A DNA stretch of 63,608 nt, counting the filler, from Hausera hauseri (lineage: Eukaryota): NCBI GenBank assembly GCA_046269625.1. It is 13 parts of 13 records of this genome, joined end to end, with 100 filler letters (N's around TTAATTAATTAA, not from the genome) between each part and the next. Parts side by side here need not be neighbours in the genome. Positions count along the whole stretch, not along the records: positions 36,106 to 40,550 come from JBJURY010578338.1; positions 40,651 to 44,959 come from JBJURY010643552.1; positions 45,060 to 49,054 come from JBJURY010831747.1; 10 more parts are not named here. One strand, 5' to 3'. The notes under the pieces are model-generated. The model searched no databases. It was not told the DNA's origin and saw only the letters and a list, made by a program, of their open reading frames with translations. The translations under genes and the position numbers were made by a program. This document shows, one piece after another, positions 36,413 to 49,154 of the stretch (position 1 is its first letter; every line of letters starts with the position of its first letter).

Positions 36413-36709
36413 ACTGACTTACTTTGTGTTTTTTGAGATTTATTTTTTCTCGGACCAATAAAAAAATGAATTCATGTTACATATTTTGTTTTCTCGTACA
36501 AGGTTGTTGTATTACTTTTACTTTTATCCTACTTGATAATATTAGGTTAAGTAAGTAACCGAAAGCAAAACACAAAAGACACTGAACAAAGTACATTATT
36601 AACATTTAAATAAAACAATTTACAAAAAATAATTGTCAATAATTGTCACAATATCAAGGCCATATTGAATTGCCTGTATCCCATCTGATCTGGCACCACC
36701 GAACGTGTT

Positions 36710-39700
36710 TTATTTCAACCTCCAATATCCATACGTCTAAGTATTATTTTGCCCGACCCATTTTCGCTTACCATTGCAACATGACAAAGCTACTTTCGCA
36801 ATATTTATTGTATGCAGCTGGTGCTGAATTGATCGGATGATCGTTCGAGACATAACAGCCTTTGATTGTCCTCCTGCTGCTGCTACTTTATATATACGGC
36901 GGTAATCACCGTGGCCGATTTTCGTCTGTCTCCGTTGGACTTCTTTTGCCCGCATTTCGGTCCACAGTCCGTCAGAAGACTGAAACACTTTGGACGTAGG
37001 AATATTTATTCTCGATACCGGATACGACCTACAATTTCATCCTTGAAGCAGCCGATTTTATTGGCTATGAAGCTGCTGTACAACGGATGATCCGGTGAGT
37101 AGTTAAACGTGTCCAGTAATCTATCTGACAATATTTGCTGTAGTAGCTGTTAGCGATTAACTCTTTTCAGTTGCAGAAAAAAACTGTCTGTGTCACAGGC
37201 AATTATGTCAATATTGTAGCCGTTAAACATTTGCCGGCAACGTGCCAAATCGCGATACTGTATCTCATAGATCCGCAACTTGCTCAGGTCCAATAATACT
37301 TGTTTGATGTAGCTTGGCCAGTCCAGAACGAATTTTTCCCTGTTTAATAGCACCGCAACCAATCCATCGGCAATGTGCATTGACCATCGAAACAGTGCCT
37401 TGCTGGTGTACGTATACAGTCGCTTTTCCGATTTCCATAGGCGCACATTGAGTTGCTTTTTCAGATTCCACACTGTTTTACCGAACATGGAATTGTTTTT
37501 CAGCTTGTCGTAGTCCTTTTTGAACTTTGTACAAGCTGTGACTCGTTTCTCCGAATTTCCATCTATGTACGCCTTGAGCATAGGAGTCTGAGCAGATCGG
37601 ATTACACGATACGGCTGTGTGACGCATACACCTAGCTGCATGTAGAACTGTAGCAGACGCCAATGGACCACGTACTTCAGCTTCTGTTCATGCGTTATGA
37701 GCAATTTCTTTACCTTTGAGTCTGGCGGACATAGGTTAAATGAATCGACCGCTAAATCGTCAAAAACTTCATGCAGCTCATCTGGTATCTCGATGCCATG
37801 CCGCCGCGAATACGAACATCAAACAGTCTGTACTTTTCCGGGTCTATCAGCAGCTCAGTGTCTCGATCCAGTGACATTAGAGCTGACGCCCAACTCATTC
37901 CCGGTATGGAATAAAAGTTGAGTGGCTCCAAGCTATCTTCCACTAGCAATAATCCAGCATGTAATCCAACGTGTTTTTACGGCCCAGCTCTGGCCAAGAT
38001 TCTTGTGATCTACGATATTCATTTTTTGCGATACCTGTCCATCACGGCGGTAATTCTTCTGCTGTCCGGAGTCGCCCATATGATGTTGCAAAGCCATATG
38101 GAAATATGCCTTTGCTGCGTGCAATATGTGCAGGAAATTGCGTCATTGCTACCGGTACATCTTGCAAGGCATTTACCAGCTTTACCAATTATTCATTGAG
38201 AAATTGCAATGAATCAAGGATGCGTACATGGAACCGGTTTATGCGTGCTGACAGGGACACGTACTTCTCTATCGTTGTTGGGATTATAGACAGTTTCCAG
38301 TGTGGATAGCCGTCAGTGGCTCATTTTAGAATATGGTGACAGTCATATCCTCAAAAATTATAAAAGATCACCGGCAGAAATGGTCGCACTCGTCTTGCTG
38401 AATGGCATGAATTGCATGCTCCTCCGAAATATCGACCGGTGAAATGGTCGTGATCCGGTATGAGCCGTTTCTGTGCATAAAACGGTATTATTTTTCTGCA
38501 TGGATAGCATTCATCGGTGACAGCGAAAAGCAATGGTTGATATTCGTCTGCCCAAATCAATGGCTTATTGCAATTGTCGCGATACCACTGTGCAATTTAC
38601 GTTTCCACTATGGTTTCCAACTGCTACAGGAAATCACGTACACAATTCTAACCATGGAAAACGTAATACTGCGGTTGTCCGGAGGCTTCTATTGGAACTA
38701 GAAACATACCGACGGCAATTAAAACATGCTTTTGATCGTATACATTGTGTTGTGGTAGAACTGCTTCTATATCGGCTTACATCACATATGCGCGACTGTC
38801 TGTTTTATACCAATCACTGAATCTGAGCTCCTTTTTGACAGGCATAACGTACATTGTTGTCCCTAATGCGTGTGCCTGCATAGCGTGATATGTTTCGCCC
38901 ACGTTGTTTCCGATATAAATCCATGCAGACATATAGAACGCCATTTGCATCGTATTCGCTTTTTGATGAAATGACCATGCTTCATGTTCAACAGTCTGTC
39001 CAGATTTGTCACTGCCACGTAATGAAATTTTTCAGTCTGCTCCAACGGCAAGAAATTTACCGAGCTTTCATTCGGGTTCGACTGAAATAAATTATGTCCA
39101 CATAGGAGTTCTTATAAATTTCCTCGTCTTCCGGTATTTCATCTACTGTGCTCTACAGGAAAATGTTGATTTACAGCGTCGGAATACGTCATTCAAAAGC
39201 AAGAATGGTTTACAGTTTCAACGGCATTCAGAATTCATCAAATTGCAATTCGGATAAATACTGCCGATACTGATTTAAACGATTTTCATGATATCTGTTC
39301 ACTTCGATGTACTTCAATACAGCCAGAATACTGTACAGAAAACGGTATTCGTCGTCGTCATTATTATGTACATTCACTACCGCCAGAAACTGCTTTAGAG
39401 ATGCAGGCGTCGGTATGAATGATCGTCCACACAAATATACCACGTCACTTTACTTTGGTATGATAAAGCCGAGTGTGACAATTCGTACAATTTGCCATCA
39501 ACTACCCTTTTCCGTATAGCTGGCGATTTTCTCCTCTAACTTTTCGCTTACATCGGCAATATATCTTCCCAATACGGTACGGCTCGATGTGATAGATACC
39601 ATTGTTTCCTGTCACCTTCAACGTTTTCAAATTATCAAGTGCATAATATTGCACTTTGCAGTTGTTGAGTTTGAATTTCGCCACTTCTATTTCCAACCGG

Positions 39701-40370
39701 CTGAGCATACCGGACAGAACATGACTCAACTGTAGTGTTGTTGTCCCCGACATGTTTACTTTCACGTCCATGTACGATTTGTTTAGATCGTAATAGACAG
39801 TAATGGAAGGTTTCTACTGTTTCATCTGCTCATGCCGCTGCTGTTGTTCGGTACTGTTTTGGGTTAAGTCCTCAAGATTTGCTGAGGCCTGACGTTTCTA
39901 CTTGTTGAGGGGATACTGGTTTTTCTTGTCGCCATCACTGTTTCCATTTTGGACCGCTGAAATCGGTTTAAATGGTCTGTGTGCTGGTTATAAGATTGTT
40001 TATAACTGATTTCATTAACTATAGAACAACCGGGACAAACGTAGGCCCGTTTACCGTGCCCCGTTTTGTCGCCATAGTACTGCTCCATTACACTATGGCA
40101 ACCATCAACGTCATGCTCTCTACTACTACTACTACAGTATCGCGTGTATGTGGGACAACGCACAACCATCATCCTCTTTGCTCGTGTAAACTGACCAAGA
40201 TTATGTTTGCATATCACGTAAAAGTCTGGATATGGACAAGGGGCCAAAATACTACCGCATGTTGGACACAAATATGAGTCCATGCCAACGGAGTAATATT
40301 AAGCCATATGCTGATGGCACTGCTCCTGCTCCACATGTATGCGCGAGACGCAATATATAGAATATTGGTT
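36710..40370 (-). pseudogene. Polinton-type protein-primed PolB, near full length (subfamily B)
   Basis: Two N-terminal Cys/His repeats; GRSFIPTP..VVNVHN; PDHDHFTGRYFGGACNSC; PVIFYNF..GYD; IRGG; KLKNNSMFGKT (motif B); DTDS (motif C); FLRPKCFS; KRKWV..YGYW end. The motif A region appears deleted. Confidence 0.9.
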
Positions 40371-40650
40371 ATACGTCTAAATTTAAACAAATTAACATTT
40401 AAAATAGATTAAAATTAAGATTAAAATAAATTAAAATACATAAACTCGTAAAATTAAACATTAAAAATAACCACAATGGTCTGCGAAAAATTGACTTACT
40501 CTGTTATAAACATTTATTCCCCATACTTCTTCTACTACTACTACTAATGANNNNNNNNNNNNNNNNNNNNNNNNNNNNNNNNNNNNNNNNNNNNTTAATT
40601 AATTAANNNNNNNNNNNNNNNNNNNNNNNNNNNNNNNNNNNNNNNNNNNN

Positions 40651-42830
40651 CACGCGGAGTAAAGAGTTCGTCCAAAATGATGTCTCCTTCAATATCCGTA
40701 ATGGTTAATTCTACGAGGGTTGTCTCTTTGTTACGTAATATGGTTAGAAGGAAAGCAGAATTTGTTGCCAGTATGGCTATCTGGTCCTTTGATTTAAGCG
40801 GAAATCTGGAGAAGGATATTCCGGCTGTGAGCTGATCACGATTAGGTAAATTTGATGGATATATCGGCTTTTCATATTTGATCTGAGGGAGGGTTTCTCT
40901 TCGCGTGACTTCGATGTATATTATCGGAGATGGGCTTCCATAAGTTCGTAAAATGATTGTCACATTTCGATAACACTTCTTATCAAAACGAATCGTAGTG
41001 TAAGCTGTGACATCTAAAGTGTCAATGAAATCATTTAAGTGTGCTCGACTTTTTATTTGAAGATTGCCTTTTGCTGTAGATACAAAGACTGACGTGGTTT
41101 GACTGGAGATGTCAATCAAATCTGAGAGTTTTGTAGAAGTGTTAGGCAGTTTCATTATCAATCCGGATCTTTGATGGAGAAGATGGCCTTTTAAGTTATT
41201 GGGTATGAGATTCGCCTTACCGTAGTAGACATAATCTTTGTTATCTGTTTGATTCAAGTTGCTAATAATGTTATAATAAAAAGATTTGGTTCTGTCCACA
41301 AGTTCGGATCCTTGATGATTTAGAGATGGGAATATAAATAATGGTATTCTTTAATTTAAAGGTTTTGTGGATCGCAAAAAATTTAGTGACTTTATTCTGT
41401 ATCTTTGTACAGTAACACAGTTATGTCTGTTGGTTGACAACCTTGTCGTTTGCTTGTTTGATTTTTATTAAGGAGACTTAATGGGCAGTCTTGCCATTCT
41501 GGGTTAGTCAGCTTTTTAGCCCATGGCTTTTGGGTTGACGGGCAATTTAGCCGTTTAGGAGTATGTGGAGTTTTATCTTTGGGCGCACTTATTTCCCCTG
41601 TTAACATATTTTGGGATTCTTCTTTTAAGAGTCTTAACTGGTTTATTATTTTTCTTATTTTGCGTCGTCGTTGTCTTGTTTTTGAATAATAGATTGTTAA
41701 AGGTAAAAATATTATTAATAGTATTAAAATAACACAGTATATTGATTAGGGGTTTCTCCTTGGATTGGTATGATAGTTGTTTTCATAACTTTCTTTGTGA
41801 CAGTCATATGTGATTTTAACGTTTTTTCTTTCTTTCTAAGAACTTGTAGGATTTGTCCGTCTTCGTCTAGCTCTGTTATCACAATCTTATAATTAGTGTC
41901 GGGTTCCAGGGGAATACAGGCCGATGTTGGTTCGTCCGGAGTTAATACTCCTTCACTGACTACTTTATGACTTGAATGACACTCAAATTTTATATTCGTA
42001 GTCTTTAAATCAGATGATGTAATAACCAATGAATAGGTTGTCTGTTGAATGAATATATCTAATTCTTTAATAGCTTTCTTGGATTCCGTTAGTGATATTA
42101 TTGAACTACTAGGTTGCATTGTCGAAATGGTCCTTTTCTTTGTTAAAGTGGTAATTTTGTTTGTTAGAGATCTTACTATTATTTCTGGACCAGGTTTGAC
42201 CATTGTACGTGGTCCAATAGTATATCGTATACTCTTTATCAAAGACAATAGGACAACATATATACGGATTTTGGTGGCTCGGTTGATAATATATGCTATT
42301 AGTTCCATCAAATATCTCGTATTTATGTAACGCGTCTCGTGATTGCAACATCGGGTTCCACTGTTACACAAGGTCCATTTTTCATGACCTTGGTGTAAAA
42401 TCAAATAAGGAAATATGGTTGATTAAAGTAATGAGTAATACCGGGATATGAAAAGTATGTTCTGTAACTTTGATCACTCTTTCCAATTGCATATTGCATC
42501 CTGTACGTTTTTCCAAACGAGAGCCCACAACAAATATGTATTGAATGATTGTGGTACAGATCGCAGTTTTCTGGTGTTGCTTTTTCTACTGTAAGTAGTT
42601 TTGATATGAATATATGTATATATTCATCTTTTGTTAAATTCCGATTAGCTGTAATTTTTATACAAGGGTATTTTCCAACTTGGACGGCCTTATATTTCAC
42701 ATCGAGGGTCTGAGCTGATACGCAAGTCACTAGACTTAACATCATGAGCGTTGCTATCAGTAATAGATTAGAATTTCCATTTCTTATTCTTGAATCCGTT
42801 GGTGCAGGCTTGCATCTATTTACATGGAAT
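40651..42830 (-). pseudogene. cargo region 3' of Gypsy integrase: signal peptide, FN3-like domains, TM + basic stop-transfer, cytoplasmic tail, possible DEDDh exonuclease start
   Basis: HVNRCKP..NLLLIATLMMLSLVTCVSA|QT in one frame; CGLSFGKTYRMQY and PLEPDTNYKIVITE; VILILLIIFLPLTIYY-SKTRQRRRK; LVELTITDIEGDIILDELFTP. Confidence 0.6.
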
Positions 42831-44959
42831 TTTATTGGGTGTATTTTTGTTTCTTTTATTCTTATTCAAATAGACGTTTGTTTTATCTACTTTTTGGATC
42901 ATATACAGACATTTATATGGTCTATATAATTTCGGCATCTTGCCTTTCATGCTCAGACGTGTGTATAACAAAACTTTGTCTCCAGGCTTAAAATTGTGTG
43001 ATTTAGCTTTTTCATCGTAACGTTTTTTTATATTCCTTTTGACATATTTTTGTATGGCGTGAAGCTAGATTCCATACATAACCAAGTTTTTCTTCCAATA
43101 ACTCTTTATACTCCATGTCTTTCAGGTGGGAGACGGGCATTTTAAAATCTATATCAACTGGCATGTGAGTATCCCTAAGATACATTAGGTAAAATGGAGT
43201 TTTTTTCATCGCAGGGTGAATTGTGTTTCTGATTGCAAATAAGCATAGTTTGATATATTCGTCCCAATCATCCTGTCGTTCATTGACCATTGTTGCCAAC
43301 ATATTGGTTAAAATTCCATTAAATCTTTCTACTGTTCCGTTGGTCTGCGGATGATGTGGAGTGGTTTTCAGTTGTAGTATTTGAAATATTTTTGAAATCT
43401 CTGCCATTACTTCTCCTGTGAAGTTTGGGGCTTGATCCGTTAATAATTTAGTAGGTGCTCCGTAATTAAACACAATTTCTTCGACAAACGCCTGGGCGAT
43501 TGTCTGAGCCTTTTGATCCGGTATTGGGACCACAACTGGCCATCTGGAGAATAGGTCGACAAATACTAACATGTATTTGTTTCCATTTATTGTCATAGGT
43601 AACGGTCCTAGAATGTCCATGGCCGAGAATTCCATTGGGGCTGGTGGACATTCTATTGGTTTAAGAGGAACTTTGATCTTTGAACCAGTATTCCTTCTAG
43701 TGGCACAAATTGGGCAACTCTTACACCAATCTTGAACGTCTTTAGTCATAGTGTGCCAATAATATTTTCTTTTTAGTCTTCCTAAGGTTCTTTTTAGTGA
43801 TTGATGACCTCCCGTCATGCCATCATGATATTGTGTCAATAACAACTTTATATCTTCTTAAGGAACAACTACAACTAGTTTTCCTTTATGGTTATAATAT
43901 AATACATCATCCCTTATTTTATAATTTTCAGCGAAGCTTTTTAAATTGGCGTAAAGATCTGTGTCATTCTGTATTACTTTTCCTTTCAAAAATTCTTTAA
44001 TTTGTTTAAGTTGTTCATCATTTTGCTGCCTTTGCAATAATGATTTCTCTTGTCCTGTGATGCTCCATATAGCTGCTATAACACCTGGTTTATCTATGGA
44101 TTTTCTTTCAGTTTGATCTATATCTTCTGGTATTCTAGACATATAATCCGCATTAGCATTCGCTTTTCCCATTTTATATTCAAATTGCAGATCATATGGC
44201 TGGAGCAGCATAACCCACTTCATTAGTCGACTATTCGGATTTTTGTAATTTTTCAACCACTGTAACGGTTTGTGATCAGTATAAATGATAATAGGTTTAG
44301 TTTCTGATAAGTATTGGCCATATTGTTCCAACGCGTAAACTATTGCAAGTAATTTACGTTCGATTGTTAATTAATTCTTCTCGTGTTTTCTTAACTTTCT
44401 TCCTCCGAACGATATCGGATGTTCTTATCCTTGATCATCCTTTTGTGATAGAACAACTCCTATTCCGACTTTGCTGGCATCCGTTGCTAAAAAATATGGC
44501 CTTGACATATCTGGATACGGTAATATAGGCGGAGCTAATAGATTATCTTTTAATTGTTGGCAAGCTTTTTGACATTCTTGAGTCCAAACAAGTTTAGAAT
44601 TTTCCTGTAGTAATGAATGCAATGGTGAAGCTATCTACTGATAATTTTTAACAAATTTTCGGTAATCGCCTGTGAGGCCAAGAAACTTGCGAACTCCCTT
44701 AACCGTCTTCGGGNNNNNNNNNNGACTGGAAAATCTTGAATTTTGTTTATCTTTCCTATTTGGGGACTAATGCATTCTCGGCTTACCGTATGGTCCAAAA
44801 AGTCTACTTTAGTTCCGGCAAAACAGCATTTCTTTAAACTAACTTTTATTCCTAGAAGTGCGCATCTCTGTGGCATATCCTTAAGATGTTCCTTGTGCTG
44901 TTTGTAATCAGTTAATGCGATTATTACATCATCTACATAACACATTATGTGTGGAGCAT
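42810..44959 (-). mobile_element. Ty3/Gypsy pol (RT YVDD, RNase H, integrase)
   Basis: CYVDDVII; LATDASKVGIGVVLSQ; YTDHKPL; HDGMTGGH..YYW..CKSCPIC; MDILGPLP; LTDQAPNF; HPQTNGTVERFN; SH3-like tail. 10-N internal gap at 44714-44723. Confidence 0.95.
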
Positions 44960-45059
44960 NNNNNNNNNNNNNNNNNNNNNNNNNNNNNNNNNNNNNNNNN
45001 NNNTTAATTAATTAANNNNNNNNNNNNNNNNNNNNNNNNNNNNNNNNNNNNNNNNNNNN

Positions 45060-45512
45060 ACAAACGTATCTGGATATATTTAGAACATCCTTGTACAGAT
45101 CGTCAAGATGTTTAGATGTGGCGGCGACTAGAAAGCTTTTGCACGTGTACTCGGATGCTAACCAGAATTCCCCGAGCTGATTTACAGATTTCTGATATAC
45201 TGACTGATAGTCAACGACATAAACAGAAGAATTGGGAAACGGCTTTCCAAGTTCAAGTACCTCAAGAGGTGTGTCTGCTACATCTTGAGTTTCAGTGATC
45301 CGATTATTTCGAAGCGCAGCCTTATCGTGATACACTGTCCTTAGGTAACTTGATTTTGGTATCTGCGGAAACAAACCCAACGTCCATGGGCTAACAATCT
45401 CAACTGAAAGGGTACATAACCCAAATTTTGCATCATCGAATATGTTCTGAAAATCTCGAATTAAAGCTTGATTTGGTCTGTTATTGACACAAACTGTTAG
45501 TGACTTAACCTT
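45060..45512 (-). CDS. DIP2: DIP2-like AMP-binding domain fragment (third part of fusion ORF)
   Basis: VKSLTVCVNNRPNQALIRDFQNIF..TVYHDKAALRNNRI..LELGKPFP..LGEFWLAS parallels DIP2 EERPRIAL..F..TVYVD..ALR.DRV..ESGK.LP..GEIWV.S. Confidence 0.65.
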
Positions 45513-46545
45513 TTCCTGGTTATAATTTATGTCGTAGACATATCTCATAGCAAACATTTTCCCTAATGTGCAATTCATAATAAAACCTAACACTGCCAAC
45601 ATAAAAGCATCATAAATAATGATTGGCCACAATCTGACATCTGGAACCATTGGTGTTGGCAAACCTTTCGGAATGGGTCCGACGATGTCAAATTTGAACC
45701 GACCATTGAGATTAGCAAAATAAGAAATAACGGTTGCGATAACAACCACGATAAACTGAATGGGAAATGGAAATTTCAGCTTTTTCTTGATAATAGGATT
45801 TATGTAATCCTGAAACACAGCTAGTAGTGCAATACAAATTGCTGCAGTTATGACTGTACCCCAATTGATTTTCGGAATATTCGCGCAGAACAGATATAAT
45901 TTATATGGTAATTCTCCAATATTATTATAGTTTTTAATTTTGTATCCAAGAAGAGAACTCAGTTGAGATAAAATGACATGGAACGCAGCACCTGTTGTAA
46001 AACCGCTAACAAGAACGTCAGACATGTAATTCATTATAAATCCCATTTGGAAAATGCCTAAACCAAGCTGAATAATACCAGCTAACAGTGTAGTGGCAAT
46101 AGAAACGGAAAGTTTTGCACTGTCATAGGTGTGCAAAGATCCATTTAAAGCCGTTGAATTATAGTATGATTGAACATAATTCGTTTCTCGGAAAACGGGA
46201 ATACTTGATAGCAACGACATTAATGAAAATGTACCTATTGAAAGATGTCTAGAAGTTCCAAAAAGCGCATATACCAAAGAAGGAAAAAATGACGAATACA
46301 ATCCATTTACCGGCTGCAATCCGGACAGCAATCCGTATGCTAATCCTTGAGGAATGTGAAAAACCAACATCGTAATGCCAGCAATAAAATCATTCACTAA
46401 AAACTTCCATTTATAATATGAACTTAAAATAAATGGAAACGGTAATATTAATCTGAATGTTGATGCAATCGAACAATCAGTACGGCTTATTTTTTTCTTA
46501 GCTGATTTGATAAAACTGAAGTGGTTGTCATTTTTGGGATAAATG
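45513..46545 (-). CDS. SLC26/prestin-like anion transporter TM domain, cut at NQE (second part of fusion ORF)
   Basis: DFIAGITMLVFHIPQGLAYGLL..GLYSSFFP..FGTSRHLSIGTF; GFTTGAAFHV..SQ; GPIPKGLPTP; YDINYNQE. The last TMs and STAS domain are missing. Confidence 0.92.
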
Positions 46546-47807
46546 AAACAACTGTTCAGCATATCATAGATGTCCACAATTGTGATAGTAAAATATTGAT
46601 TTTTGTACCCTACACCCAAAACCAAACGACGCACATCGTCTACGATCGTCCATCTGCAGGACGTCACTTCAATATCATGCATGCGCAAATATTCGACAAA
46701 ATAATCGTCATATGACATATCGGAATCTACAACAACTTCATTCTCATCTCCATCTCTTATTGTTATAGCGAATTTTTGACAAGACTTGGACGTATCTGTC
46801 AACGATTTGGAGAAACAGAGTCCGACAGAAAACACCGGCAAATCACAAAGACCTTCGTCAATTTCGTGGAACATCTGAACAATTTGCTGCGCAGGTGAAC
46901 AAGAGACGAAAAACGGTATGCGTTGATTTTCTGATTGTCTATTAAAAAGACAGATCGATTCAACGTCAATCTCATCGCTATCGTATTTCACAAGTCCATA
47001 CGAATCTTGATAACTCTCCTGGAACACGTAACACCTATCCCGTGAATTACAATCCTTAAATTGCGGTAATATCCACAGTTGGCCGACGATATAGTCGCTA
47101 ATGCAATTCATCCTAGCAGCATCATGCATTTGAATCCATTTGCCAATCCATGACGACACCCAGTAACAATTCCCACCAAAGTTTAATGTTTCAATGACGT
47201 TATTCTTATCCGATGATTGATAGTCAACAAATACATAAGTCCGAGAACCGTCTAATTCAAACCGCTTTTCCTGAGACCTGAAACCAGTTGGAATATAAGT
47301 TCGGTAAAGATCGGCATTGAATTGGCGAACATCAAATAAAACATAATTTGATTGTGCTGCCATTTCTTCGAGTTGCCATGAGTTACCGAATTCTCTATCT
47401 GCAACATCAATATTGGTTCCGGCTTGTCCTCGACAGAGACTGACACAAATAGAACCATTACTGGTAAGCAAACCGGATCCTCTAATACTTTTGAAAAAGT
47501 TTTTCAACAATTTTCTATTGAAGCTAATATTGCTTTTTCCACCAACATGCGGAAAATTAAAAATAATTAACTCGAATTCACATTCAAACATGGAATAGCT
47601 TAAGTCTGTTGCATCAACACAAAATTTAATAATACCTCCATCGTCCTGAATTGATGTGATATTTTGAGCAGCATTTTTATATTTATTAACAATTTCGTTA
47701 TATGTTTCCAAACAAGTGCAAATTACGTTTCTCGTAACAAATACTGATTGTTCGCATACACTTATACAGAATGAAAAATCTCCATTTCCAAGAATTAAAA
47801 TAGACAT
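46546..47807 (-). CDS. FDXACB1: FDXACB1-like (DUF2431/Bmt5-type rRNA methyltransferase domain), lacking the C-terminal FDX-ACB domain (first part of fusion ORF)
   Basis: MSILILGNGDFSF; VDATDL; IIFNFPHVGGKSNISFNRKLLKNFF; LCRGQAGT..NSWQLEEMAA; YIPTGFRSQEKRF. Confidence 0.85.
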
Positions 47808-49154
47808 GCTGTGCAGTTTTGAATTTGACAACGAAGAAAATACTATAGTAAAATCAACATGTGTATTGAGAAAAATGTTGTAATGAGAAAATTCGGTCAT
47901 TAGAGTTGATATTTGATGATTTACAACAAAATTTGGTCTATCAGTGGAATAAAAAAATAATTTGAATTTTATTCTACAGCATTTATAAATAACGTTGCTT
48001 TTTATATATTTATTTGTATGTATATATATTTGGGGAACATAAAAAAAACTGTGTGGAGTTCTATAAACAAAAACAGGACTCACCGTGCAATTCTGATAAA
48101 GCATTGACATAATGTCGAAAGTTTGATATGCCAAATGTATTTCCAAGACTGGACATCTTCGAGGAGCAAAATTCTGACACCAGTTGTTGGTTTTTGTTGC
48201 CAAAAAGTCCTTATTGAAGCAATACAATGTTTGGAAGAAGAATTTGAATCCAAATGGTGAACCTGACAGACTAAAAGCATAAAATAAATCCTATTGAGCA
48301 CTACACCCCGCTTAACTAAAAATCGATGAAATATACTCGGAATAATAAAGAATTTATTTAATGCACATCATTTATAAAAATGTAGATTTCCCATTTAGAT
48401 TTATCATTTAAGAACTATTCAAATACACATTAAAATTATTCTACTGAAAGAAAAATTACTAAAATAGACAAAATGTATTATAAAAATCCAAGAATTTAAT
48501 TAGTAATATACGTATTTATCGATCAAAAACCACTTAGAAAACATGAAAAAATTATTTTTGAAATTAATTTTGAAAAATGAATGAAGAAATACATGTCAGA
48601 GTCAATTCCATTTTCCACAGATATAGGTTAACGTCTCGTATGGAATTCTATTAGTATTGAAAAAATGGACAGTAACAGATTATAGAATTCAAATCCATAT
48701 TCAAACAAATTTTAACACAAGGACAGAACAACCTTCAGTCAGATATAAACTGATTCTTGGAAAACATGTTTTCAATGGTATGAAAGTATGTGATGCCTTC
48801 TATGACAGAGAAGAACATGATTTAGTGGTAAAACTGGACACGAATGATGTGGGAAAATGCGCAAACTCCATCGGCGTATTGGTCACATAATTGGATGTTT
48901 AAAGATACGTTTATTTGTATGAAATGTCATTAAAATTTAGTGTTTTATTAGTCTTTTTCATGTAATTGGCAAACACACACACAGTTATATATATTTATAT
49001 ATACATGTAAGATGGAATTATTTTACTTTTTAAAAATGTTTCAAACGCCAGACCNNNNNNNNNNNNNNNNNNNNNNNNNNNNNNNNNNNNNNNNNNNNTT
49101 AATTAATTAANNNNNNNNNNNNNNNNNNNNNNNNNNNNNNNNNNNNNNNNNNNN

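Noticed and set aside
47808-48227. First 140 aa of the 1071-aa ORF as part of the fusion protein
   Set aside because: Contains a GTGAGT donor (~48082) and AT-rich intron-like sequence. The recognisable protein begins at Met 47807.
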